Sequence record: NC_019526.1
Length of the DNA: 64,000 nucleotides
Strand: one strand, 5' to 3'
Shown here piece after piece: positions 27,849 through 38,042 of the stretch. The translations under genes and the position numbers were made by a program. The notes beneath the pieces are model-generated. The model saw nothing but the letters and a program-made list of their open reading frames with translations. It was not told the origin of the DNA and made no database searches. Each line of letters opens with the position of its first letter. Position 1 is the stretch's first letter.

Positions 27849-28138
27849 ACGTATTTAAGTTAAAATTCTATGCAAACGATACCCGCCCATTCGGAAAGAA
27901 ATTAGATTATGATCTGTACTTTAATAGTACTGAACTGGCATTAGAGTACCTCAATACTAAAATGCCAGGACATAAAGAAATCACAGAAGAAGTTGTTAAG
28001 CCGTGGTTCACTAATTACAATACTCGCACTTTTACATGGGAAGGTAAACGTTATGATGAAAATGGTGAATGGGATTATCCTGTGGAGTTCACGGTTGAAC
28101 TCGACCAAATTGAAGTAATTCAATCACTAGAGAAATAA
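27845..28138 (+). CDS. hypothetical protein
   Basis: GGAG SD, ATGA overlap. Confidence 0.75.
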   Translation: MNVFKLKFYANDTRPFGKKLDYDLYFNSTELALEYLNTKMPGHKEITEEVVKPWFTNYNTRTFTWEGKRYDENGEWDYPVEFTVELDQIEVIQSLEK

Positions 28139-28141
28139 TAT

Positions 28142-28387
28142 ATGCCATTACTACTTTGTCCAGTACTTTTAATATTACTAACAGTTTATTATTTCAATCC
28201 ATTACTAGCTGGTACATTATTTTTATTTTTATTCTGTGCAACAATATATAATATGTTGTTGGTACTATTGTGGTTGATTGGTACTTATATTGTACCACAA
28301 AAATACGAAAACCATTTTGCTGTGGTGATGATTGTTTTATTTGTAGTACTGAATGGTGCATGGATCTGGGCTATCTGGTTTCAATAA
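28142..28387 (+). CDS. hypothetical membrane protein
   Basis: Highly hydrophobic. Confidence 0.7.
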   Translation: MPLLLCPVLLILLTVYYFNPLLAGTLFLFLFCATIYNMLLVLLWLIGTYIVPQKYENHFAVVMIVLFVVLNGAWIWAIWFQ

Positions 28388-28485
28388 AAAAGTTCAGTTA
28401 AGAAATTACTTATCAAAGATAAGAAGAATATTTCTATCCAGATGTGTAAATTTTTTTTACTATATGACATAGGATAATATATAAA

Positions 28486-28680
28486 ATGTATGTTACTGTT
28501 CAAACTAATGATAGAACTCAAGTGTATACTAAAGAGTTTTTAAATAAAGTGGGAATTGTTGAACTAACTCGTCTAGCTTTTGAGCATTATAATGCACAAG
28601 AACAATATGATAATGTTCCACAAAATTATAAGAAAAAAAACAATCTCTTTACTGGTCTTGTAGTAGGTGAAATAGTATGA
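28486..28680 (+). CDS. hypothetical protein
   Basis: Packed + strand ORF. Confidence 0.6.
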   Translation: MYVTVQTNDRTQVYTKEFLNKVGIVELTRLAFEHYNAQEQYDNVPQNYKKKNNLFTGLVVGEIV

Positions 28681-28892
28681 AAGGAATCAAAGCTAAAAAT
28701 AGTGTCTTATTTTCTTTGATTGATGGAAAATATACATATGAAGTAATGTATGGAACTACTAGATCTGTAGTATTATATATTGATGATGTATTATCATTAT
28801 CAATGAATAAAACTACTATGAATTGTATGACAAATCGTGCTGTTCCATTTTCAGTACTGGAACGTATGCAATCATTTGTCAATAACGTATAG
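28677..28892 (+). CDS. hypothetical protein
   Basis: ATGA overlap. Confidence 0.65.
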   Translation: MKGIKAKNSVLFSLIDGKYTYEVMYGTTRSVVLYIDDVLSLSMNKTTMNCMTNRAVPFSVLERMQSFVNNV

Positions 28893-29038
28893 TCTATTCT
28901 ATTACATTAATATTTCTATTATGGAATTATAAATGTGGTGGTTACACCAGAAAAAGAACTGAAAAAAGGGTTGACGAAAGTCAGCCTTTTTGTTAATATA
29001 ATAATCATCTGAAAAACCATTTTAATTTGAGGTATATT

Positions 29039-29197
29039 ATGTCACGTAAAGTTCTTATCAATCGTTTAGCTGAAGCCCTGAATTGCAAACCGCATGAGAT
29101 TCCCCATGTTAATGAACTGACCAGTAATCAAATATACTGGATGATTCAACATGAACGTATGCATAAACGCTATGGTGATTTATATCGTTCAAAATGA
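29039..29197 (+). CDS. hypothetical protein (52 aa)
   Basis: Stem-loop promoter + GAGG SD. Confidence 0.65.
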   Translation: MSRKVLINRLAEALNCKPHEIPHVNELTSNQIYWMIQHERMHKRYGDLYRSK

Positions 29198-29373
29198 TCA
29201 TATAAAAGATATAATAATTAATCCAGTACTGACTATTGTGTTATCATATTTGTAGTATTCGAATTGATATATTTTGTGATAAACTCCGTTAAAAAAATAA
29301 ATTATATAAAAGGGTTGACTTATGTCAGCCCTTTTGTTATTATAGTTGTACAACAAATTATTTGGATACTGTT

Positions 29374-29961
29374 ATGAAAGTTATTAAATTAAAGAAACGA
29401 AAATTCATTAAACAATATAAACGTGATTCGGTTGTATTTCATGTATACTTGTCTGATGGTGTTCCTGGTAGTTTATTGACAAAACAGTATTTTACCGCAG
29501 TACACAATGCTGATGTACGTTATATGGATATAGACAAAAATATTCTCAAATTAAGAGATGATATCAACAACAGTACTGATAAAAAAGTACAAAGAATTGA
29601 AGTAACGATTAATAATAATTTAGGTTACTTCCGTTTGTATCATTTGATTGGGGATAAATTTATTCCTCACCGAGAACTAATGATTCACTGGAATTCGAAA
29701 GGTTTCAATTGTAGATCTCATATGATACAGTACAGGGATAATTGTATTCATCCTATATCTGGAAAACCATATTGTGTATTGTGGTATAAAGATATTATTG
29801 CATATGATTATTATCGTATTTCTGAATCAAGGAGAACCATCGATAATAGTATCCATAAATTTGAATTATTATTGAATGACATTGAATCAGGTAAGTTTAA
29901 TAAACCAACAAAGAACATTAGTTATACTGCACATTGTTTAGATGTTTTTCTTAAAGATTAA
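29374..29961 (+). CDS. hypothetical protein
   Basis: Follows stem-loop promoter. Confidence 0.75.
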   Translation: MKVIKLKKRKFIKQYKRDSVVFHVYLSDGVPGSLLTKQYFTAVHNADVRYMDIDKNILKLRDDINNSTDKKVQRIEVTINNNLGYFRLYHLIGDKFIPHRELMIHWNSKGFNCRSHMIQYRDNCIHPISGKPYCVLWYKDIIAYDYYRISESRRTIDNSIHKFELLLNDIESGKFNKPTKNISYTAHCLDVFLKD

Positions 29962-30034
29962 CAAAGAAAGGGGTTGACTTTGGTCAGCCCTTTTGTTATT
30001 ATATTTGTATATTAAGTCAATGAGGCGTTGTATT

Positions 30035-30307
30035 ATGATTCGTTATGCTCTGCGTCATAGAATTTCCAAACAGTACGTTGGATTTCGTACTGTGCAATGG
30101 GAATTCGGTACTGATATTCATTTGGATTTCGATGATGATTATATTTGGTTGAAAGAAGATCGCACATTAATGGATACACTTATTGAAAATAGAAAGTCAA
30201 GTGATGCATCGTTACAATTGAGTGATTCAGTACTGAAGGCGTTAAAAGATTATAAATTAGAAGTGATGGAAATTAATTTCCCAGATACTGATTGGTGGGA
30301 TGATTAA
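30035..30307 (+). CDS. hypothetical protein
   Basis: GAGG SD after stem-loop promoter. Confidence 0.75.
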   Translation: MIRYALRHRISKQYVGFRTVQWEFGTDIHLDFDDDYIWLKEDRTLMDTLIENRKSSDASLQLSDSVLKALKDYKLEVMEINFPDTDWWDD

Positions 30308-30362
30308 TGATTGTGAAAATACAATTTTAATTTCATAAACTAAATTATCTAAAGGTGAAATA

Positions 30363-30509
30363 ATGCAATACTCTATCTATGCTCGTATGGGAGTTGATTA
30401 TGAATGGAACAGACTTCGTACAGTGTACAATGAAGAGAAAGCAATTGAACTGAAAGAGTATTACGAACAAACATGGCGTATCGTTGAAATTCGTAATGAA
30501 AGCAAATAA
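30363..30509 (+). CDS. hypothetical protein (48 aa)
   Basis: AAGGT SD. Confidence 0.6.
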   Translation: MQYSIYARMGVDYEWNRLRTVYNEEKAIELKEYYEQTWRIVEIRNESK

Positions 30510-30574
30510 GCGTTGACAACATACATCAGTACTGTATAATATATACAATCTTAATCGAAAAGGTAAAAACATAA

Positions 30575-30916
30575 ATGAAAGTTACTCTGACTGGTAGTAC
30601 AATCAATGTAGCAACAATCAAATCAGTACTGGAAAACAATAGCCGAGTATATATTTCACTTCCAATTAATGATGTTTGTGAAATTTTAGTAACTCGTTTG
30701 GAATCGCATTTTAACGGGTATATTAAACAAGATAGTATTGAAGTTAAATACGCCGAACGAGATTGTGGTGAAATCCAGTGTATGGCAACAGAATACTTCA
30801 ACATCAATATGATGGAAAAAGCCGCAATGTCTGCCGTTGAGCGATATAATTCAGAAGATCCATGTGAATTTTCTAATTATTCAGTGGCATTTGAAAATAC
30901 ATTTATTAAAGAATAA
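30575..30916 (+). CDS. hypothetical protein
   Basis: Own TTGACA/TATAAT promoter. Confidence 0.75.
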   Translation: MKVTLTGSTINVATIKSVLENNSRVYISLPINDVCEILVTRLESHFNGYIKQDSIEVKYAERDCGEIQCMATEYFNINMMEKAAMSAVERYNSEDPCEFSNYSVAFENTFIKE

Positions 30917-30973
30917 CAAAATGAAGTCATACCTTTTCCTATAATATAGTATTACTAAAATAGAGAATATTGT

Positions 30974-31324
30974 ATGAAACTTGATTATGCATTAATAAGC
31001 AAAACGTTTAAATTAATATATTTTATTTTTGGTTATAGTAAAAATTCTAATTTTTTTCCAATATTATTTGACCTTGATGAAAATGATATTCACCAAGAAT
31101 ACAATAAAATATTGAATAGAGAGTTACATTTATCAATTAAAGAATTAGTAATTAATAAGTATATTCATTATAAAAATAAAAATTTTGATGGATATTTGCG
31201 AATTATTGGATATGATTTTGATACATCGAACTTAATAGTAAATGCACCTAATAATACAGGAATTTTCCAAATAACTTGGGTGAATTTAAAAATTTTTGAC
31301 AGTATACCATCAAAAAAGGGTTGA
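30974..31324 (+). CDS. hypothetical protein
   Basis: Packed + strand ORF. Confidence 0.65.
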   Translation: MKLDYALISKTFKLIYFIFGYSKNSNFFPILFDLDENDIHQEYNKILNRELHLSIKELVINKYIHYKNKNFDGYLRIIGYDFDTSNLIVNAPNNTGIFQITWVNLKIFDSIPSKKG

Positions 31325-31377
31325 CGAAAGTCAGCCTTTTTTGTTATAATGTGTTTATTAAGAAAGGAGAAATAAAA

Positions 31378-32148
31378 ATGCATCCTCGTTTAGTTAGAAG
31401 TCAGAAAATCCAGAAAAACTTCGATTCAATGCTCGCAGTACTGGAAAGTATGCTTAAACCAAATAGCCCTATTAATAGCATGATTGTAAGTGGTGCTCCG
31501 GGTATTGGTAAAACATACTCACTCTCTAACCGACTCAATAAAGCACATTCTAATGCTGAATGTAATGTAACTACCGTTAGCGGTAAAATGACTACCCTAG
31601 CACTCTTCGAAGTACTGTACAAAAACCGGTTCAGTACTAATATCATTGTACTTGATGATATGGACAGTATTTTTGATTCAGAAGATGGTATGAATCTGCT
31701 CAAAGCAGTACTTGATACTTCAAAACGTACAGTATCATATATGTCATCTTCTAAGTACTTAAAAGATAATGGTATCCCAAGTACTTTTGATTTTTTTGGT
31801 AAAATTGTATTCATTACAAATAAAGATTTAACACGTATTGCTGCATCTAAAAGCAAACAAGCACCACATTGTCAAGCATTGATTTCTCGTTCAGTGTATA
31901 TTGATCTTGAAATTCAAAGCAAAGAAGATATCATGATTCATATCGAAAATGTTATGCTCAGTACTAACATTCTAGAAAAATACAATGTGAATCAAAATGG
32001 TAGTAACATGATTCTTAATTGGATGCTGAAACACCAGGAACGTCTACAGTCTCCATCATTACGTACACCTGTACTTATTAGTGCTCTGTATAATTCCAAT
32101 CCATATGATTGGGAAGAAATTTGCGAAAATGTTTATCTGGAGAAATAA
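31378..32148 (+). CDS. AAA-family P-loop ATPase
   Basis: Walker A GAPGIGKT, Walker B IIVLDD; AGGAG SD. Confidence 0.85.
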   Translation: MHPRLVRSQKIQKNFDSMLAVLESMLKPNSPINSMIVSGAPGIGKTYSLSNRLNKAHSNAECNVTTVSGKMTTLALFEVLYKNRFSTNIIVLDDMDSIFDSEDGMNLLKAVLDTSKRTVSYMSSSKYLKDNGIPSTFDFFGKIVFITNKDLTRIAASKSKQAPHCQALISRSVYIDLEIQSKEDIMIHIENVMLSTNILEKYNVNQNGSNMILNWMLKHQERLQSPSLRTPVLISALYNSNPYDWEEICENVYLEK

Positions 32149-32462
32149 TGAAATACAAATGTACGGTGTATAAAGAAGGAATTGTATTCATTGAAGTCTA
32201 TGTAGATGATGATATTTGGTTTGAAGTTGATGAATGTTTTGATACAAATGTATACGTATCAAAAAATGGATATATCTATGAATATAATTTAAATAACGAT
32301 TTTGGTTCAATGCAAGATGATGAATTATTTCAATTGAGTACTGTAAGTCCGATTCCTTTTGACTTAAAAATCATTAGAGAAGCCCATAAACAATTCAGTA
32401 CTATTATAAAAGAAAATTCATCATTATTGTATCATTATATATTAGTAACAGAGGACGAATAA
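32148..32462 (+). CDS. hypothetical protein with FQLST motif
   Basis: MQDDELFQLSTV. Confidence 0.75.
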   Translation: MKYKCTVYKEGIVFIEVYVDDDIWFEVDECFDTNVYVSKNGYIYEYNLNNDFGSMQDDELFQLSTVSPIPFDLKIIREAHKQFSTIIKENSSLLYHYILVTEDE

Positions 32463-32590
32463 TGAAACCAGAACAATGGATCATCGATGATATGCGTGCT
32501 ATGCGTAAGATTGAAAATAAATCATACGAAGAACAAGCATACTTAGATCTTCTTCAATGGTATGTTAAAGTAATCCAATCAAAGGAATAA
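32462..32590 (+). CDS. hypothetical protein (42 aa)
   Basis: GAGGA SD; fills gap. Confidence 0.55.
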   Translation: MKPEQWIIDDMRAMRKIENKSYEEQAYLDLLQWYVKVIQSKE

Positions 32591-32592
32591 TT

Positions 32593-32940
32593 ATGTTAGA
32601 CTTTATGCTAAAAAGTGAACTATCTCATACTATTGGATATAGTATTGCAGTACTGATCGTATTCAGCTTTCTGTTTGAAAAAATCAATTGGCTATTCAAA
32701 ACCAATATCTATAAAAAGTATTATAAAGTTAAAAGTTTTGACAGACAATTCTTTTTGGGTGTAATGTATACATTAACATTATATTGTAGTGTATTTGAAA
32801 TTGGATTTGTACTGGCTGATTCACCATTAACATTATATCTTTCATTGTATACACTTTTTGTTATACCATTTTCTTTGTATATTTTTTGTACTAAAGTGTT
32901 CGATAAAATTATTGAATTCCGAAATAAACTACCAGACTGA
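32593..32940 (+). CDS. 3-TM membrane protein, tandem array member 1
   Basis: Ends EFRNKLPD; clear paralog of next ORF. Confidence 0.8.
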   Translation: MLDFMLKSELSHTIGYSIAVLIVFSFLFEKINWLFKTNIYKKYYKVKSFDRQFFLGVMYTLTLYCSVFEIGFVLADSPLTLYLSLYTLFVIPFSLYIFCTKVFDKIIEFRNKLPD

Positions 32941-32955
32941 TATGGAGTAATATAA

Positions 32956-33303
32956 ATGATTGAGTTTATATTCAAAAGTGATTTCGCATATAGCGTTGGG
33001 TATTGTATCTTTATTGCTATTATTTTTAATTACTTATTTGAGAAAATTAACCATTATTTTAAGACAAATATTTACAAAAAGTATTATACAAACAAGAGCA
33101 GTAAAAGAAAAAACATTGAATTCACTCTGTATATTAGTACTATATACCTGGTAACAATTGAACTTCCTTCAGTACTAACTGATAAAAATGTAACAATGCT
33201 ATTTTGTGTATATAGTGCAGTGATTATCTTCTTTTGGGTATATTATTCAATCCAGGCATTGAATCGAAAATTAACTGAATTCCATAATAAACTACCGGAT
33301 TAA
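32956..33303 (+). CDS. 3-TM membrane protein, array member 2
   Basis: FEKINxxFKTNIYKKYY shared; ends EFHNKLPD. Confidence 0.8.
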   Translation: MIEFIFKSDFAYSVGYCIFIAIIFNYLFEKINHYFKTNIYKKYYTNKSSKRKNIEFTLYISTIYLVTIELPSVLTDKNVTMLFCVYSAVIIFFWVYYSIQALNRKLTEFHNKLPD

Positions 33304-33309
33304 TTAAAA

Positions 33310-33654
33310 ATGAATGAATTTCTACGAAGTGAACTATTGTGTTCAGTACTACAATGCTTTTTGTTGTTATTCATTGTGTACCATTTGTATATTTTAGTAC
33401 TATGGTACTTTAAACGTAAATCGTATTTGACATTATGGCAAAACAATAAGTTAGCAGTTCCATTTCTTACTACTACAACAATAGCTTATGCTCTTTCCGG
33501 GATTTTCCTGTTTCCGGTAGATGATCCTGTAATGCAAGAAAGTGGGATAGCAATTGCAAATCTTATTAGATCATTGTTCATTAGTGCATGGTTTTTCTTT
33601 GTATTAATCAGGTACTTAGTGCGTTTACGTACTAAAATCGAAGGGGCATTCTAA
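33310..33654 (+). CDS. 3-TM membrane protein, array member 3
   Basis: Same size/layout; LWYFKRK. Confidence 0.75.
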   Translation: MNEFLRSELLCSVLQCFLLLFIVYHLYILVLWYFKRKSYLTLWQNNKLAVPFLTTTTIAYALSGIFLFPVDDPVMQESGIAIANLIRSLFISAWFFFVLIRYLVRLRTKIEGAF

Positions 33655-33655
33655 A

Positions 33656-33991
33656 ATGATGGAGTACATTAATCTGTTTGATACATCATTTGTTATAGTT
33701 AGTACTTATTATATTTGTAGTACTATATTCTACTTTCTGATGTGGTTCTTTAAACGTAAACTGGATAACTTCATTAAGCAATATTCGTTACAACTGGTAT
33801 TACAATTGTATTACTGGATTGGATTTGGTTTAATGTATTTGCATTACTATTTTGTATTATATAATATCCGTGAAAATAATACATTTATGCTTTATATGCT
33901 ACAAATTATCGGTACTACAATCTATGTAGGTTATCTAATGTCGATTGTACTGTCAAAATTAAGAAACAAAATCCCTGATATGAGGAATTAA
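33656..33991 (+). CDS. 3-TM membrane protein, array member 4
   Basis: MWFFKRK; ends LRNKIPD. Confidence 0.75.
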   Translation: MMEYINLFDTSFVIVSTYYICSTIFYFLMWFFKRKLDNFIKQYSLQLVLQLYYWIGFGLMYLHYYFVLYNIRENNTFMLYMLQIIGTTIYVGYLMSIVLSKLRNKIPDMRN

Positions 33992-33994
33992 AAA

Positions 33995-34300
33995 ATGACA
34001 TATATTTTTATTGCATTAGCAATGTATTACTGGATTTCGTGGACTGGATATCTCTTTGCATTAAAATCTTTTGATTATTTCAGTGCTTCATGTAAAGAAA
34101 TTGGGGGATGGCATGTAATGGCAACTTCGTCAGTAACATACTGTGCTTATGAAAGTATTACTGATAAAACATTCAATGATTTGGTATTGAGTACAGTACT
34201 GATGTATTTGTGGGGTTTTGCATTCATTGTTCATATTTCACCTTTAATTAGAGATAAAATTGTAAAATTTCATAATAAACAAAAGGAAAAGCGTACATGA
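33995..34300 (+). CDS. 3-TM membrane protein, array member 5
   Basis: Ends IVKFHNKQ. Confidence 0.75.
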   Translation: MTYIFIALAMYYWISWTGYLFALKSFDYFSASCKEIGGWHVMATSSVTYCAYESITDKTFNDLVLSTVLMYLWGFAFIVHISPLIRDKIVKFHNKQKEKRT

Positions 34301-34650
34301 TCATTACATTAAATTTACTGACATTTTTTAGTGTATTAACGTGTTTAATCTTTATTGGAAAATTCTTTTGTGTTAAAATAGCAGAAAAGATTTATGATTC
34401 ATGGGAAAACGAAATGTCTTTATGGGTTCCTATATTCTGGACTGTTAGTAATGTATTTTTAATTCCAGCCTGGATTGGTGCAACAAAGGAAATCTTCCCA
34501 CTTTTTTTATTCAGTGCAATGTTCAGTGCTGGTTTTTGTTTTATGTATATGGCATTTGAATTGATTGTTGTACTAAATGCTGTATTAGTACCTGCATTAA
34601 AGAATGTGCATGTAAAAATTAAACTCAAGAAATCACAGGGCAAATTATGA
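34297..34650 (+). CDS. 3-TM membrane protein, array member 6
   Basis: Same size/layout. Confidence 0.75.
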   Translation: MIITLNLLTFFSVLTCLIFIGKFFCVKIAEKIYDSWENEMSLWVPIFWTVSNVFLIPAWIGATKEIFPLFLFSAMFSAGFCFMYMAFELIVVLNAVLVPALKNVHVKIKLKKSQGKL

Positions 34651-35036
34651 CTTACAGAGATTATTTTTGTATATTCGAAGTACTGGTTTTCACTTCAGGT
34701 AGTTTAGTATTGTTATTGCATTATTTTTGTGTTGAGCCTTTTTACAAATTATTAAAACCAAAAACCGAAATGGGTGTATTTTGTTTATTTCAGTTTTTGT
34801 ATTACTATTTTCTGTCTATTCTTTCTGTTGTTGTAGAAGTAATTTTCGGAGGATTTGTTAATGCAGACAAAATGCCGTCATACGAGTTGTTTACAATCTT
34901 CAATGTACTTATGATTGCTTTAATTGTGTTCGTATCAATCCTTGCTGGAATTTACAAATTTTTTGTATTCCTTGGCAACAAACACAATGATATAGTACTA
35001 AAACGAAAAGGAACACTGACAGATGAACGTAATTGA
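34647..35036 (+). CDS. 3-TM membrane protein, array member 7
   Basis: Same size/layout. Confidence 0.75.
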   Translation: MTYRDYFCIFEVLVFTSGSLVLLLHYFCVEPFYKLLKPKTEMGVFCLFQFLYYYFLSILSVVVEVIFGGFVNADKMPSYELFTIFNVLMIALIVFVSILAGIYKFFVFLGNKHNDIVLKRKGTLTDERN

Positions 35037-35367
35037 AATAATTGTAGTTGCATACCATATTTTAGCAGTACTTCTTATTTTATCTGTTCTCGTGGATTAT
35101 GCATTAGGATTTGATAAACTTAAATTTATCTATCAGTACTTTGATGATAATTTCGACAGTGATAATCCAGTACACGTATTTCTTGGATTAGAATTTATGT
35201 GCTTAATTCTTGTACTGTTTATTCCCATTATCGGTACTGGAACATCTCTTTTCTTCATTACTGCAATTACATTATTGTACTTCGTAGTAATAGTTCTTAT
35301 TTTAGTACTATATTCTGTTGCATATGGAATAGAAAAAATTAGAAATAAACGCCTAACAAAAAAATAA
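35023..35367 (+). CDS. 3-TM membrane protein, array member 8
   Basis: Ends IEKIRNKRL. Confidence 0.75.
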   Translation: MNVIEIIVVAYHILAVLLILSVLVDYALGFDKLKFIYQYFDDNFDSDNPVHVFLGLEFMCLILVLFIPIIGTGTSLFFITAITLLYFVVIVLILVLYSVAYGIEKIRNKRLTKK

Positions 35368-35439
35368 AAAATAGTTCCTGAACTTGACAATGCTGGATTT
35401 TTTATATATAATAACATAATAAAATAATAGAGGCACAAA

Positions 35440-36036
35440 ATGAAACGCATAACTCGCATAACTCGCAGCAAAAATGTGATCAGGGATAGATTTCGCAAGG
35501 TAAACATTATTAAGTACAGTACTATTGCATTAGCATTAAGTACTACATTTGTACTCACTGCATGTGATGAACCAACAAATGTAGACGTATACAAATCATT
35601 AGAACAATGTAAAACTTCTGGAAAAAATCCAGCACAATGCGAAGAAGATTACAAAAATGCACTAAAGCAAAGTGTCAGTACTGCACCGCATTACAAATCA
35701 CAAAGCGAATGCTACGCAGACTTTGATACAGTATGCCAGGAAGGTCATTACAGTACTGGTGGTATGTTCTTCTATCCTATGATGACAGGATTCCATAGTT
35801 CAGGACAAGGATATCATTCACAACCTTTATATAGTCATAAAGGTAATTACGTTGATGCTGGTGGAAATAATTACGGATCAACTTACAGTACCACTACTAA
35901 CAGAACTGTACCAAGATCCGGTCTGACACAAAAAGCACCAACCAGTACTATAACCAGAAGTGGATTTGGTAGTACTGTTTCAAGTCGTAGCTTTTCAAGT
36001 TCTCATAGTTCATCAAGCCATTCATTTGGTGGTTAA
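35440..36036 (+). CDS. DUF1190 (YgiB/YjfM-like) lipoprotein
   Basis: Lipobox LTAC; Y...QC...C..DY..A...AP.Y.SQ.EC.A.F; C-terminal TITRSGFG. Confidence 0.85.
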   Translation: MKRITRITRSKNVIRDRFRKVNIIKYSTIALALSTTFVLTACDEPTNVDVYKSLEQCKTSGKNPAQCEEDYKNALKQSVSTAPHYKSQSECYADFDTVCQEGHYSTGGMFFYPMMTGFHSSGQGYHSQPLYSHKGNYVDAGGNNYGSTYSTTTNRTVPRSGLTQKAPTSTITRSGFGSTVSSRSFSSSHSSSSHSFGG

Positions 36037-36053
36037 ACAACAAAGGAAAATAA

Positions 36054-36686
36054 ATGAAATATTCTAGCCTGAATCTTTATAATAATCCAGCAGTCGCTAC
36101 TCATGCAATCACTGGTACTATCAATGATTCTTCTTATAAAGAATTCCGTGAGTTCATCAAGGCAGTACTGGAAAATAATCAGAAAATCTCCGACGAAGAA
36201 CGTATTCATAAAGAAAAGGAAGAATTTAATAAAATTCATAACCCAGAAGCTAAACCAGAATTCTTTAGCCCTAAAACTAAAGTACAACGTATTAATCTTA
36301 TCGTAGATTCATATGGTGGTCAATGTTCTTCTATGACCAGTATTGTTGCACTAATGAATAGTTCTCCTATTCCTATTGATACATATTGCTTCGGTGCTGC
36401 TATGTCAGCAGGATTTATGATTTTTATTCATGGAAAAAATCGTTATGTAGGTAATGCAGCAGACCTTATGATGCATAGTTTAAGTACTGGTGTATATGAT
36501 CACGCACCTGGTATTAAATCAAAAGCCGAACACCTTCTGAAAATTAATACAGTCTATCAACAAATGGTAGCAAATAAAACTGGTCTTACAATGGAATGGC
36601 TTAAAGAGCACGAAGAAAAGGATATGCACTTCCTTGCAGATGATTGTATTGAATACAAAATTGCAGATGCAATCATTGAGGAATAA
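36054..36686 (+). CDS. clpP: ClpP-family (S14) protease
   Basis: LIVDSYGG, GAAMSAG (catalytic Ser), LMMH (His). Confidence 0.8.
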   Translation: MKYSSLNLYNNPAVATHAITGTINDSSYKEFREFIKAVLENNQKISDEERIHKEKEEFNKIHNPEAKPEFFSPKTKVQRINLIVDSYGGQCSSMTSIVALMNSSPIPIDTYCFGAAMSAGFMIFIHGKNRYVGNAADLMMHSLSTGVYDHAPGIKSKAEHLLKINTVYQQMVANKTGLTMEWLKEHEEKDMHFLADDCIEYKIADAIIEE

Positions 36687-36689
36687 TAT

Positions 36690-36896
36690 ATGACAATATT
36701 ATTCAGTACTAAAGATCCGGTAGGCGATTCTAGTAATGTAGTTAGTAACTTCTACAATCATGTTCGTCGTAAGACACATCATGGTTCATGGGGTGCTGAT
36801 AAACATGCACGTAAGCTATTCCCGAGGGGAAAGGCGTATGATCGTCTGTTTGAATTACAATTGGATTGTTGGAAAAACCGCTACGATTATTTCTAA
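36690..36896 (+). CDS. hypothetical protein
   Basis: GAGGA SD. Confidence 0.7.
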   Translation: MTILFSTKDPVGDSSNVVSNFYNHVRRKTHHGSWGADKHARKLFPRGKAYDRLFELQLDCWKNRYDYF

Positions 36897-36905
36897 GAGA
36901 ATACT

Positions 36906-37349
36906 ATGACTCCAGACCAATCACGTGAGGTGGAAGAAGCCAGTACATTGTTTAGTCAATCCAGTAGTGATATCACATCACCATATACTGGCCTCGCCAA
37001 ACATTATATGCGAGGTTTAGAATCTATTCATCGCATTTATAATGAGCGGGACTGGTTTGATTCTGCTTCAATTGATGATGTTGAATACATTAAAAACATG
37101 TGCAAGTACTATGAAGATAACAAAGAGTTTTATGATAATATTGGTTATCACGACCACGATTATAATACAGTATTTGAGATTGTCGATATTCATAACTTAG
37201 CACATAAAAACGCAATTAAAAGTATGATGAACGTTTACAAAATGGCATACAATGAGTTTCATCGCACACACTATCCAAACGAACCCGATGTGATATACGC
37301 CGGAACCGTTCTCAAGAAAATGGAAGAAATATTTCCAGAACTATTCTAA
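36906..37349 (+). CDS. hypothetical protein
   Basis: Packed + strand ORF. Confidence 0.75.
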   Translation: MTPDQSREVEEASTLFSQSSSDITSPYTGLAKHYMRGLESIHRIYNERDWFDSASIDDVEYIKNMCKYYEDNKEFYDNIGYHDHDYNTVFEIVDIHNLAHKNAIKSMMNVYKMAYNEFHRTHYPNEPDVIYAGTVLKKMEEIFPELF

Positions 37350-37417
37350 AATAAAGGGTTGACTTCGGTCAACCTTTTTGCTATTATAACAGTACTATAT
37401 CAAAGAGGTAATTAATA

Positions 37418-38020
37418 ATGAAAAAAGTCAAAAAATTATACAAAGATTGGTACAACAAAATTAAACAACAACATTTAACAGAAAAACGTAACCCACAATA
37501 TACCTATGTGTTTAACTGGACTTTCAAATCTTCTGATAGTATGAAAAAGATTAAACCAGGTGATACATTCAAAACTGCTAAAGTACTAAAAGTATTTCTC
37601 AGAGCCAATAATATCTATCTCAATGAAGTAGGATGGAATAATAGAGGAAAAATTACCTGTACTAATAAAATTAAATCAGCTACCTTTGATGTATATATTA
37701 AAGATATTCCGTGCTCAATTATGATTAGTAAATTTTTTGGGGTATCTATAATCACCAATTATCATAAACATAAAAAAAATAATACATTAGAAAATTGCAT
37801 TGCATATAATGCACTGAATGATATCTTTGTACAGGATCGTCAAAAACATAAAGAATTAAACATCGATTACAATAACTTAACAGAAGAAGAAATATTTCAA
37901 CTAAGTACAGTACTTGATATCGATTTCTATAAAACCATCAAAAATATAGGAACAGAACTGTACAACACACAAAACCTAAACTGCAATAAACTCGTAGCAG
38001 TACTAAACAAATACAAATAA
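37418..38020 (+). CDS. hypothetical protein with EEExFQxST motif
   Basis: LTEEEIFQLSTV. Confidence 0.8.
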   Translation: MKKVKKLYKDWYNKIKQQHLTEKRNPQYTYVFNWTFKSSDSMKKIKPGDTFKTAKVLKVFLRANNIYLNEVGWNNRGKITCTNKIKSATFDVYIKDIPCSIMISKFFGVSIITNYHKHKKNNTLENCIAYNALNDIFVQDRQKHKELNIDYNNLTEEEIFQLSTVLDIDFYKTIKNIGTELYNTQNLNCNKLVAVLNKYK

Positions 38021-38042
38021 AACCAATGAAGGATTTAAGTAA

